Under the pieces are notes generated by a model. That model searched no databases and was not told the DNA's origin. It was given only the letters and a program-made list of their open reading frames with translations. Shown here one piece after another: positions 51,561 through 62,694 of a DNA stretch of 64,000 nucleotides; the first letter of the stretch is position 1; each line of letters opens with the position of its first letter. The DNA is from Dicyema japonicum (Eukaryota > Animalia > Dicyemida): assembly GCA_011109175.1 (NCBI GenBank), contig RDEW01000027.1, forward strand, positions 472,811-536,810, read 5' to 3'. A program made the translations under genes and the position numbers.

Positions 51561-52701
51561 TTTTTTCTTTACTTATTTCTTTGATTTTTTTGTTCTTATA
51601 TAATTGAAAGTCAATTTTAGGGAAAGGGCTCCATATTACCTGCTGGTATTGATTACGCAATGAGAGCTACCCCTTGTGATCCCTTATTTCGATATTGACT
51701 ATCTTTAACAATTTAATGCCAGCAAATAATCAAAGATCTTTGTCTGACAATTTAGAAATGTCATTTTCACAGAAAGTGCTTAAGTTCCTGTTAATTAATA
51801 AAACGTCAATAGTCTATTTTGATTGCTATTCTCTACCCTTTGTAATTATTTTATCCAACGCACGACGTTAGTGTGGTGTCACGTGGCTCAAGTGTCACCC
51901 AAATCGAAAAAGACTGACAAGACCCATTAACTTTACCCTACTTTATTTGATCAATCCATATGGTGACCACAATGGAGGCGCGTCAAGTGAACATAAACCC
52001 CAGCGGTAGGGAAGTTTCGTTTCCATAATGTTCTGCGGAAGACGGCCCAGAAATTTTTCAATACAAAGACTTTTAATAGCATTGGAAAAAATCCAGTCGT
52101 CATTAAAGCTAGACTGAGTCAACTCAGTTTCAGAAATGGTTGAAGAATACGAACTTTCTACCCGATAGTAGTTGTGATTATTTTTGTTTGTGGAAAGTCA
52201 AGGTAGTAGGAGAGATAATCAAGCGTTTTATAGTTGTCAAGAAATTGTAGAATAGTGGTCTCTGATTGGATAATTTTTATTACCGCTGTAGTGGTCAATT
52301 AGAGTAGTTTTAGACAGTCGGTAATTGTTTTTAGCGGAGAATTTTAAGTCTTGTATTTTTTCGAAGTTCGTTGTAGATAAACAGAACCCACATGCAGAAA
52401 CATCATTGTTCATCGTTCTTTTGATAGTAAGTTGAGATTTTGCGCATACGTCTGTGACATGTATTTTATGATATGAAAAAAAATTCCAAAGACCATAGTA
52501 ACACCGAACTAACAAACTAATCACGTGACCTCAGCACGGGTGATGAGTAGGGCGATTTTTGTCAATAAAGTCAAAAATTCATATGTTCTTTAAACTTGTT
52601 TAAAATTTATAAAAATGTAATTTTTAATCAAAAATATTATACCAAAAATTATAAAGTCAAAAAAGTCAAAATTTAATTTTTTATGTCATTTAATTCAAAA
52701 T

Positions 52702-53000
52702 GGTGGTGATTAGGTGTCAGGCTAAAGTGACTTTGGTTACGGGCTCGATTCTCACTGCTGTTCACCTGGTGGAAGGTTCCACGCATCTAAGATACTAAAA
52801 GGGTTTGACGAGTGACGCCGTCATCAGTGGATACTCACTGCGGAACTGGATTGTCTAGAAAGGACCCACACACAAGAAAAAAAAGAAGTGAAGATCTTGG
52901 TTCTACGATTAGATAAAATTAACTGTTCTTTACTTAAATAAAGTGTGTCCTGCCTATGCGGAGCTATAAATACTATGGCTCTCGTGAAAAGGCTATTATG
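52702..53000 (+). mobile_element. Full-length tRNA-SINE
   Basis: Head, structured body and RTE-type tail; possible short TSD tcaaaat on both sides. Confidence 0.8.
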
Positions 53001-53679
53001 TCAAAATTTTTATTGTTTTTTATTTTTGAATAAAATACGTGTCATCAACTGTTATTCCACGTTCAACCAGGAAGGTCATGGAAAAGGTTGAGACCACGTT
53101 CAACCAGGAAAATATCCTGGAGAATTTTCTAACAACAGCTTTTCAAACTAGCAGATTTATCATTTATTGCTATTTCACAGGTGCTACTGTAAAAACATCT
53201 CATTCCATCTACTGACTCTAGGATGAATGAGGTCACCAATGGTTATTCGAATATGATTTTCCTGCATAAGCTGAACAGTAAAGATTAAAAAACTTGCTTG
53301 AATGTATTGGATTTGATCTCATTTATTCCTACGCTTCGCAAAAAGTGCAGAAAATCTTTTACCAGAGGAGGAAGTTGTAGAATATTATCGTAAAAATTTT
53401 AATTAAGTACAATTATACAAGTTTTGATGGAAATTGAATTTTAATTAAAATATATTGGAAGCAATCCATCCAAATGAACCACAGAGCAATTTATCGGAAT
53501 ATTATGTTAATATTTGTGTGTAATTAATAAGGATGGCAGGATAAACTTATTTCACCTAAAAGACGCAGCTAACAGATCCAAAATTGTATTTTAGCAACGA
53601 TCCTGAGAGGGAATAGCCACGTGATCAGGGCAGCTTTTATATAACCATTACTCTATTTTCTTAATAAAAATTTTTATAT

Positions 53680-53893
53680 ATATTTTTTTTTTTATTAATT
53701 AAATTTTTTTAACAATTAAACAAATGTCAGTTGAGGAAGCCTGCTGCGTGGATTGCGAACGAGTTCCCTCTGAGTATGGCTATTCCTATCTTTTGTCTTA
53801 GCCATAGCCCTTCTCGTTGATCCCTTTTCTTTCTGGCAAGCAATCCTCCGAGTTCTTGCAAGAATTCAGCCGTCATTGGACCAACGGCTCCCG
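53680..53893 (-). mobile_element. Young 5'-truncated CRE-like copy with 11-bp TSD
   Basis: Nearly identical to 25789-25985; TSD aatttttatat at 53669-53679 and 53894-53904. Confidence 0.9.
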
Positions 53894-54169
53894 AATTTTT
53901 ATATTAAAATTTTTTCTAGATAAATTTGTCATAAAGTCAAAAAAATCACGTGATCCCAGCATGCTCTAAAATAGACCTCAGTTTGGTTCGATGCTCCTCC
54001 CTCGAGCCCAATAAGAACAACGCACGGCTCAATGTATTGTCAAATATCAAATACATGACGCAGTATTTATATAAAAACAAGTATCAATACAGTACTGAAT
54101 AAAATCTCTATTAAACACAAATTCCCTTAATAAGGACAAACATAATATTAAAAACATAATATGAATATA

Positions 54170-56468
54170 TTAGACAATATAGATGGGACCAACACAGTCC
54201 TTACAAAGTCGTTCAACTGGTATATTATCATCTGATGTCTTCACAACATCGACCAGTCTCTCAACAACCTCACTAGTCTCACACCACCTGTCATTTCTAA
54301 TATTAGCATGTCCACCAACCAATAATAGAATTAGCAGTCTCGCCATTTACATCTTCCTTGTTGATTAACGACCCAACAAGTGATCTCACTTCCAAGAGCT
54401 TATCCCTATATGAGTCACACGTGTTTGTTAATCGTTTTATAACCTCATCCTTAGCAATGACCTTGTGATTCAAAATATGTCTCTGCTCTCTATACAAGAT
54501 AACATAATTCCCTACAATAACACACAAACAGTACGATTGCCTTATTCTGAGCCTCCAACTCTTCCACAACCTTCCACAGTCTCTTGTTCTCCAAATAATA
54601 CTTTTCACTATTATCCTACAATTAAATAAGTTATAACCCCCTCGTCGGTGGGCATTTTCTACAATATTAACAAAAATGACCTGATTCAGTTTGTCTACCA
54701 ATGAAGCATTGTAAATGGAATTATTCTCCAACTCGACAGTCAAGTCTCGACTCTTCTTCCTTAACTCCTCAATTTCTTCACTCAATTTGATGACATCCTC
54801 GTTCTTTCCATTCAACGTGGCCTCACAAACACTTCTCAGTTCAGAGTTCTCTACTTTCAGCATACCAATCTCCTCAGTCTACATTAATACAGACCACAGA
54901 TCATACCATCCTCACTTCCATTTCCTTATATTCAGATACCAACGAATTCAATTCAGAGATCTCCGCTTTGTAGTCCTTCATAACCTCACTTTGAGTCTCA
55001 TTTAATAGTATATCACGTGTCTCAATCAACTGGGTGTTCAATTTAGTGATATCTTCATTCTCTTTGACCAATTTAGTAATATCTTCAGTCAATTGGTGAT
55101 TACTTTTCATAACTGCGGTTTTCTCCTCAAATAATGACTCCACGTTTTTTGCTGAGCTGAGCATTAATCTGAGTGAGTTCATCATTAGTTCTCATAACAC
55201 GTGCATTCATTTCAGCAAACTGTTCGTTAGTCCTTATCATGTCTTGGTCAGATTTCGTCAGATTCGTATTATTTTGTATTAACGATTGAATTTGGGCAAC
55301 ATTGTCCTCATTTTCCTTTAGCAAGGTGTCGATAAAGCCACTCAAATTAGCAGTCTTGACTTCCAACTCACTCTTCCTCTTACCACATTCAGTCAACTCT
55401 GTTACATTGTTATTATATTTATCCACCAACTCATCTACACATAATCCACTCAATACTACCAAATTCGGCAGATTTGTGTTCGAATGCTGACCTTAGTGAT
55501 GAAAACTCTAAATTAAAGGAACTCCTCTCCATATTGAGTGTATTCTCAAGCTATCTCAATAAAATAGAAATAAACCTCATTAATTCTGTCACCACGTGCT
55601 AAATGGTCACTCTTTAGTGAATCATACTGAATCTGCACCAATTTTAGTTCATCCTCCAATAACTGCTCAGTCTTGGCCAAAGATGCAGAATTTATAAAGT
55701 TGTTGACTTGTCCTCTCAATGTGGTCAGCTCAGACTCGCATTGGACAACCATGAGTGATTTCTGTTGTAGGAGTGACCTGTAATTTTCCAACTCTTTCTC
55801 ATTTGAGTGTAATTTATCGTTCACAGCCTTTAATTGTGCTTGATGGCCTAGTAATTCTTGCTTATATTGACTTATAATCTGATTAACAAAAATAGTACAT
55901 TTTTGTTGTTTTCGTTCTCCATGCTCAGTCGTTTGTTAGTTTCTGTCAACGTGAAAATGTTCTGCTCTGCCGTCTTTGTCCTCACATTGTCGGATTGGAG
56001 TTGAGCTGGGAATAACACGTAAAACTGACATTCAACAACCTCAAGACGACACTCAGCCAATGCAAGCTTAGTCATTAACTCAGTCTTTTCAGCCACCAAA
56101 TCCCCAAAGGCACGAATGTAGTTCTGAATTTAACAAATATGTTACATCATCAGTCGTATTTGATGGGGGATTATACGGTTGGGGTTTGTCCTCCGCTACA
56201 AGCCTAGCATTAACTTCCATAAGCTCGGAAATTTGGTTTTTCTAATATTATATGATAAGTACTGCTTTTATGAGTTGATTGTACAAGTCATCGTTCCTCA
56301 AGGCATATTGTCCTGTGACAGAGGCGGAGTCACTATTAGCGTCCGTTTGGCGAGATGGCGGCTCCTCGTGCTTTGATAACTTTTTCTTGTTTTGAAATTC
56401 TTTCAACTTTAATAATATATAATAGATACCCTCTCTTTTGCAAACAATAACTTTTCTTCCCTTGACAT
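54170..56468 (-). CDS. GOLGA2: Golgin A2 / GM130 coiled-coil protein, tiny introns
   Basis: N-terminus MSREEKLLFAKER|LKEFQNKK (cf. KLAAAKKK|LREYQQ), long coiled coil, IGNYVILYREQRHIL..KDEVIKRL (cf. IGEYIALYQSQR), C-terminus CKDCVGPIYIV; intron 56407-56429. Confidence 0.85.
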
Positions 56469-56544
56469 AACAAGTATGATGACAATACTTGTATTTTTAA
56501 TTATTAATTAATTAATTTATTTTTATATTTAATAAAATATAATT
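56469..56544. promoter_or_regulatory. 76-bp AT-rich spacer between divergent start codons (putative bidirectional promoter)
   Basis: ATGs at 56468 (-) and 56545 (+). Confidence 0.55.
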
Positions 56545-57018
56545 ATGAATTTAACTGGTCACATTGTGAGGATTAATCTACTCAACGACAGCCAAGTACA
56601 AGGGTGTGTGTACACAGTTGATCCTGAGAGCAATACATATGTTATAGTTAGTAAACAAAATATTACATACGTTTGGTCACGTGCTATTAAGTCAATGGAA
56701 GACCTTGGAGAGGGGGACTTTAATATGGAGGATTATTTCAATAGGAGTGGTGCTGTCTCTGAAGCGTTAAAGAATAAAAGAAAGAGAAATAATATTAATA
56801 ATGCACAAGAACATGTTTCCTGTAGTGGAGGAGGGTGATGTACTCTTAGTGGCTAATGTTTGTAAATAAATCCCCCTTATGACGTTGCTAATTGCAGCTC
56901 TACCAATGAAATTGTTCTGCGCAAGATTCAAAACTTAATTTCCAGTTGTTTTATATATTTTTTGATTGTACAAAATAATGATTTGCATGTGTGTGGGCGT
57001 CTCCAGCCGAGTGATTAG
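56545..57018 (+). CDS. GEMIN6: Gemin6 (Sm-like plus AD domain), two apparent frameshifts, 3' end uncertain
   Basis: QGCVYTVDPES, LLVANVC.INPPYDVANCSSTNEIVLRKIQNLI. Confidence 0.8.
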
Positions 57019-57149
57019 TTTGTTGGGTGTTTGAGAAGGTGACGTGCCTCTATTGTACGAAGTGTCTTCATTGGATTGTACGAAGTGTCCCTTGTTAGTG
57101 GATGAATTTTAGGGTCGGGAGACATTGAATACACGAAGTTACGAGTAAG

Positions 57150-58950
57150 CATCGGGTACACTATCAAATCTCATATGGCACAAAACTCGAAAAATCCACA
57201 ATTCTACCCTGAGGAGGAACTACAGAATTATAAATTAGATTATTAATTCTCGAATGTTCTAGAATCTTGCTTATTTCGAATACACAGGAGGGTGGGTTAA
57301 TAGTCAATGCATATAAGGATGACAAATAAGGTAAATATATTAATCGTACTCTTTCTATAACGAACTCTATTAGTCCCATGTTGAATCCATCCATACAATT
57401 CTCATTATTAAAGCACAGTCCGATAATAATCATTCCTTGGTAAAATGTGTATGGAAATTTTTCCGTGGACACAGAAAGTCGGTTTGAAATCAGCCAAGCC
57501 CCAGGTCGTTACTGAAGTTCTGATTTGCCATATCTACATATTTGTTTCTGCTTATGTTAGAAGCAGTGAGTCCAGACCTCCAAGGCAGGGTAAATTGTTT
57601 AAGAATAAGTTAAAAAGTGCCGGAAATAGGGGCGATTCCTGAGTACACCATTCGAGAGGAGACGGGATCTCGATCTTGAATTACCTATATACACGTCTCT
57701 TTCGTCCGGTAAGAAATTGGCTATCCATCGTTTTAAGGTCGGATGAATGGAGGTGTTGAAGACTTTTTCGTTAGTAGGATTCTCGGGACTGAATCATGTA
57801 CATCAAACAATACTAATATTGCCCGTATATGCGTTTTGGCCCGTAGAAGACTTCCGAGATTGTGTTATTGTATAATATTCTGATCTGAATCCGTGTTGGT
57901 AGTGGAAAGGGCAAATGAGGTTTAATTTCCAAATTACAATTTTCCATGAGGTGCGATAGCGCACAGGTTAAGGATATCGGGTGGTAAGATGAAGGTGAGA
58001 CTTTCGGTTTCCTGGTTTTAGATAGTATGATACGTGAGTTCTTCCATCTACTGGGATAGCGTTCGTGTTTTTAGGACAAGTAAAAATTGAAGTGATCGAA
58101 GATGTTTTAGCAGATTCCAAGAATTCCATCTGGTCAGACGTATATGAGTTCTTTATGATCTTAGCTCTGTGTAACCTCGTCATGCGTAAAAATCGTTCCA
58201 TGAAGATTGTTTATTATTATTATTAAAAAAGCACTCCCGAGAAAACATAAAATTAGTTAAGTTTCCCTTGTGCCGTATTCCAATCATTCTCTCCGTCAGC
58301 CTCGACCATGATCCTCTGTTGCGCGCTAGTTCTCTTAGGTAGTCTAGGTCGTCCGCCATTTCCATTATAATGTTAGATGCTGTCCACACTCTTGTAACAC
58401 AGTGAATCAGGTCCTGATGGATTGCAAATTCGAGACCATAATGTCGGCAGGCCGATGAGAGGTTAAAAAGGTGGAATTTTCTAAACAGTTCTGTAAATTG
58501 TAGGGTCGTTATTGTCTCTTGTAGACAGCAGACAGAGAAGTCGTATTTTGTTAGTCGGTGTTTCTTGTAAGGTTGTTTAAGTCCTCTGCAATTAAAAGAT
58601 CCCAGAGTGAACCGAGGAGTCGGTAAGGAATACGAATAGGACATAGTGCAATAAAGGCGCCGTCACCACCTCAACTAATAATGAAGATTGTTTAGATACC
58701 AAATTACGTAGGCGACAGAAGTGAGTATTCGAAAAGTCCTTGTGTTAGCTTCCTTAATATTTGGAGCGGAATGAGATTAGGATTAACTGGATATGTTTAA
58801 GTTGATTCGACGGATTGTATTCAAAGTACTCTCTTTGATTTCGTCTCCAATAGATGATAATACTCGGTTCAAGACTTTTCGTTCTTTGTTTTGATGGGGG
58901 TTGTGATTCTGATTCAAACATTTTATTTTCTTCAGGTCAGATAATGTAAG
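57150..58950 (-). mobile_element. Decayed I/Jockey-group LINE, split by the mini-RTE at 58214-58680
   Basis: LKPGNRK and YQHGFRS motifs on the minus strand; LINE-like sequence continues past the TSD. Confidence 0.6.
58214..58680 (-). mobile_element. Non-autonomous internally deleted mini-RTE, copy 2, with 14-bp TSD
   Basis: TSD atgaagattgttta at 58200-58213 and 58681-58694; (AAT)n tail; ORF open across the deletion junction. Confidence 0.92.
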
Positions 58951-60509
58951 AAATTGGTTCATTTTCAGAGCGTTCCTTTACTTTATAATGGAACCAGTTT
59001 CGTATTCGAATGTAGTGTTGTAGCATCTATACACTGCTCTGGGGACAAACAACTTTTCTGCTTGGAGGATCTGATGACAGTGAATCTAGGAAATAATTGG
59101 ATTACACTCCTTGATAAAAATAGAAGAGGGCGGACCTACTTCACATCTCTTCTGAAGCGGAAGCCTGTAACGGATTATTGGAGAATGGATTTGGTAATTA
59201 GTTAGACTTTGTGTTGGGCTTACCTAAGATTGTATGTCTTGGGTTAATAAATAAGCCAGTGACCATTAGGAACCTTGCTGTTACTCAATGGTTTCCCAAC
59301 CAAATCACCATAATAAAATCGAACGACACTGTGGTTTACTTTTATGTGGCTTCGTATACAAACCACTATGAAAGGAACCATGAAAGGACCCAGTGTTGGA
59401 ACTCCCGATGGCGATATACAGCGGGCACAAAGTTATCGCTTCTAAATGATTCTCCAAATAAATTAGTTAATTAGTTACCCCGACCTGTACGAGGCCGACT
59501 GCCATCAAGCGTCCAACTGAGAGTGCTAGGCACTCCCATAGATATCCTAGATTCATTAGAGGTCCTTGTTCTGGAAAAGATTTATCGATACTATGGTTGT
59601 CAGATGAAGGGAGCCAAAATAGATTAACCGCCGATTGAATAAAATTCGTATTTCCAATTAATAATAAATGCGTAATAATCAATATATAAATATTATTAAA
59701 TTCAGTATATCTAGTTTATTATATTATGGACAATTTCAAATTGAAAATTCCCACTAAACCGTATTTTTCAAAAAAGAACATTCTTATTGTTTTTTGCGTA
59801 TTTGGAACATCAGTGTATTCTGGACTGTTTTTTGGAAAAAAATTCTCAGCCTTTTTAGAAGAATATGAAATATGGACACCAAGTTAAGCCTTGAGTGGAT
59901 CTAATGATTTTAATATTATTAATAAATATGTGTTCCCTAGTAAATCATAATCTAATTATCGCTGGAAATCACGATCCTCCATTTAGAAGGTCAACTCATC
60001 CTTATCCCCTCTCAACATTCGAGTGACTTTTTTCTCTTTTCTTATGGGATCTCCTCGGATCTACCCATGAGAATTCTTAAAGTTGGTTCCACTTGTCATT
60101 GATACCGGAATTCAATAATCATGTTTAACCGTTTTCGAAAGGTTTTCATCGATACGACTGATCGAGAGTTCTCGTCGCTTCCTCTAAAGATAACTTATGT
60201 TATGCTTGAACCGATGGAGACAACTCATCCCAGATTTTCTTCCAAAAACTAAGCAATTAAATTGGATTATGTACTTATAATTATAACGGACATAATAATG
60301 TTGAGAATTATACACTGAGGCTATTATAATTTAGAATAAATATTTCCCAGTAAAACAATCAATTTGGAAAAACTGCATTTATGAGGTAGTGATAAATTTC
60401 AAATAACCGTAATCAGCTGTACCCACCAAGTTCATCAATTAGCATCCAACGTGTTTCCATAATACTCGTGTGGTAATCATTAATCCATTATAATAATGGA
60501 AATTTATAA

Positions 60510-60826
60510 TTGGTGGAAAGTGTAACGAGTTCCGGACAAAAGGCCTGATGGCCCCTAGTTCGAATCTCGTTGCTGTACATTCCGGCTTAAGTTCAACGCT
60601 TCTACGATGCTTTGGCTTTACTAGTAAATCCGTCATCAGTAAACATCACACTGCGGAACCGGATCGTCTAGGAGTCAGATCTAACAAAAGGAAAAAAATG
60701 AAGAGCATTCCTTTTTTTTCCTCATCGATTAGTTATGATAACTGTTCTTTACTTAAATAAAGTGTGTGTCCTGCCTCGGAGGAGCTATAGCTAACATGGC
60801 TCTTCGTAAAGTGCAGTATTATTATG
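60510..60826 (+). mobile_element. Full-length tRNA-SINE
   Basis: gttcgaatc B box, body, tail atggctcttcgtaaagtgcagtattattat. Confidence 0.8.
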
Positions 60827-61399
60827 TTAATCAATGACTCATCATCAAAGTGGTAAATGGCCTACTTGCTTTGTTTTTTGAAAATTCAACAGCTTGGATC
60901 AATCAACGTTCACTTCTCAAGAACTTAAAACTCGATTATCAAGGCTGGTACCAAACAACTCTATTCCCCCACCTGTTCGGTCTAGGCAACTATTCTCCCG
61001 CAAATCTAGGACCCCCTGTTTTCTTTGAACTTCAATCAACAGTTAGTCAAGGTTCTCTTCACCTCTCTACCAAATAATCAGCAAACAATTAGAAAAACTT
61101 ATACAGTAGCAGAAAGACTTATGCAAATCCCGTCAAGATAAATTTTAGAAACTACTAAAAAGTTCTAATTAACACCGGTGCGGTTGATTGGTAGCCGGGA
61201 GATCCGAGTAGAACGGATAAATTGATGCCTTCCAGATCGGAAGTATTGGGAGACCTGACAATTAGATATACCGCATATTGACTGGAATTGAAAACTACAT
61301 CATTGCTGATGTGGTGGAACCGTCGATACCTACGGACACCATGCTCTTTTTGTCGAAGAGCGACTGGAAGATTCTCAGCACTTACTTTAATAAATTTTC

Positions 61400-61700
61400 C
61401 TACAGCTGGAATTATAATTTTTCCGTTCGAAAAAAAAAGTTACTAGTACTGGATGCTACATATGTCAACTCCTCATCTTCGGAATCCAGTGTATACACTG
61501 TCCGCTGCATAAATAGCGTAAGAAATATCTGGGCCTCTCGGTTGGTTCACGTTCCAAATGGCTACTGTGGAAATAACTGGGTTGTCGTTCCTCAGAAATG
61601 AGACGTCTGGCCGCACTTAGAAGTCAAAACGTTCGTGAAACCCAGTGTTAGTTACAGTTAATCTCAACAGCTATCATAAGAAACAACTCCTCTTTCACTA
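61400..61700 (+). mobile_element. Decayed CRE-like RLE fragment (another near 62130-62330)
   Basis: KLLVLDATYVNS motif; ETEWL..RISIAIIKG in the second fragment. Confidence 0.5.
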
Positions 61701-61739
61701 AGTCGGGGGGAATAAATAGTAAAAACATTTGTACTATTA

Positions 61740-61960
61740 GTCATACTGCACCTTTGCTTATAAGCAGAGCCATAATAGCAATAGATCGAACTGCAGGACA
61801 CACACTTTATTTAAGTAAATAACAGTTATTATAACTAATAGTAGAGGGATAACCTAGGATCGCTCTTCACTTCTTTTTTGTTCCTCAGTGAAATGCTTAC
61901 TGATGACGGCGTACTCGTCAAGCCAAAGCATCGTAGATGCCTGGAGCCTTCAACTGAAAT
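61740..61960 (-). mobile_element. tRNA-SINE body and tail
   Basis: ctgatgacggcgtactcgtcaagccaaagcatcgtagatgc and cacactttatttaagtaaa match other copies. Confidence 0.75.
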
Positions 61961-62694
61961 TCTAAAAAGTTCTCAACGAGAGTCGAAGCTTTTGATTAGA
62001 AAAAAATGAGACCTTGGTAGACTGTTCATCTTCAAATCCGAGACATCAGGGATTATTGGATCCAATAACTATCCTTCTCGTATATCATCTGATGATTGAT
62101 AGTAAAAAGGACAGCCGAATGACTAATTGAGGAAAACTCTTACAAATCGTAAGAGGAAATGGGCTCAATCACGAGAGTTGCAAATGCTAATAGGAGTTTT
62201 TGTTAATTGGCTCAATGATCCAAATGGTCGCAAAGAACCACGTGAGACTGAATGGCTTTGAAAGCGTATTTCAATAGCTATTATCAAAGGGGACAGGATG
62301 ACCGTTCAAGCTCCCTATATTAAGTGATCTTTTAACTGTTTAATCTAAAATTAATTGGTTTTTATTAATAATAATCAATGGAATGTGGACAAATAAATGT
62401 AGGGAATATCAACACATTCCCAAACCATATTGCAGTAGATAGGGGGTCCAATTGTATTATAATTGAACTGTTTTTGACTGCATGAATAAATTAACTTAAG
62501 ATAAAACGTAAAGCAAAACAAGAACACACAGCAAAATAAAAACACATGCGTGTTATAAAATTTAATGAAATTGTGGTTAGCCATAAAGAATTAATTTTTT
62601 TAATAAAAAGAAATTATTGTAATTGTTAATTTTAAATTATTACTTTTGACTTTTTTAGAAAAATATTATTTATTTGAGTAAAAACAAATCAGAG

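Noticed and set aside
56861-56870. Euplotes-type programmed frameshift at AAA-TAA in Gemin6
   Set aside because: Adding one A gives the better alignment (CKINPPY), and the other frame breaks lack this motif.
61885-61950. Hammerhead ribozyme on the SINE antisense strand (ctgatga..gcc aaa gcatc gta gatgc)
   Set aside because: G12 of GAAA and the U16.1-H17 site are missing in all copies and there is an extra C after CUGAUGA; the stems are explained by the sense-strand fold.
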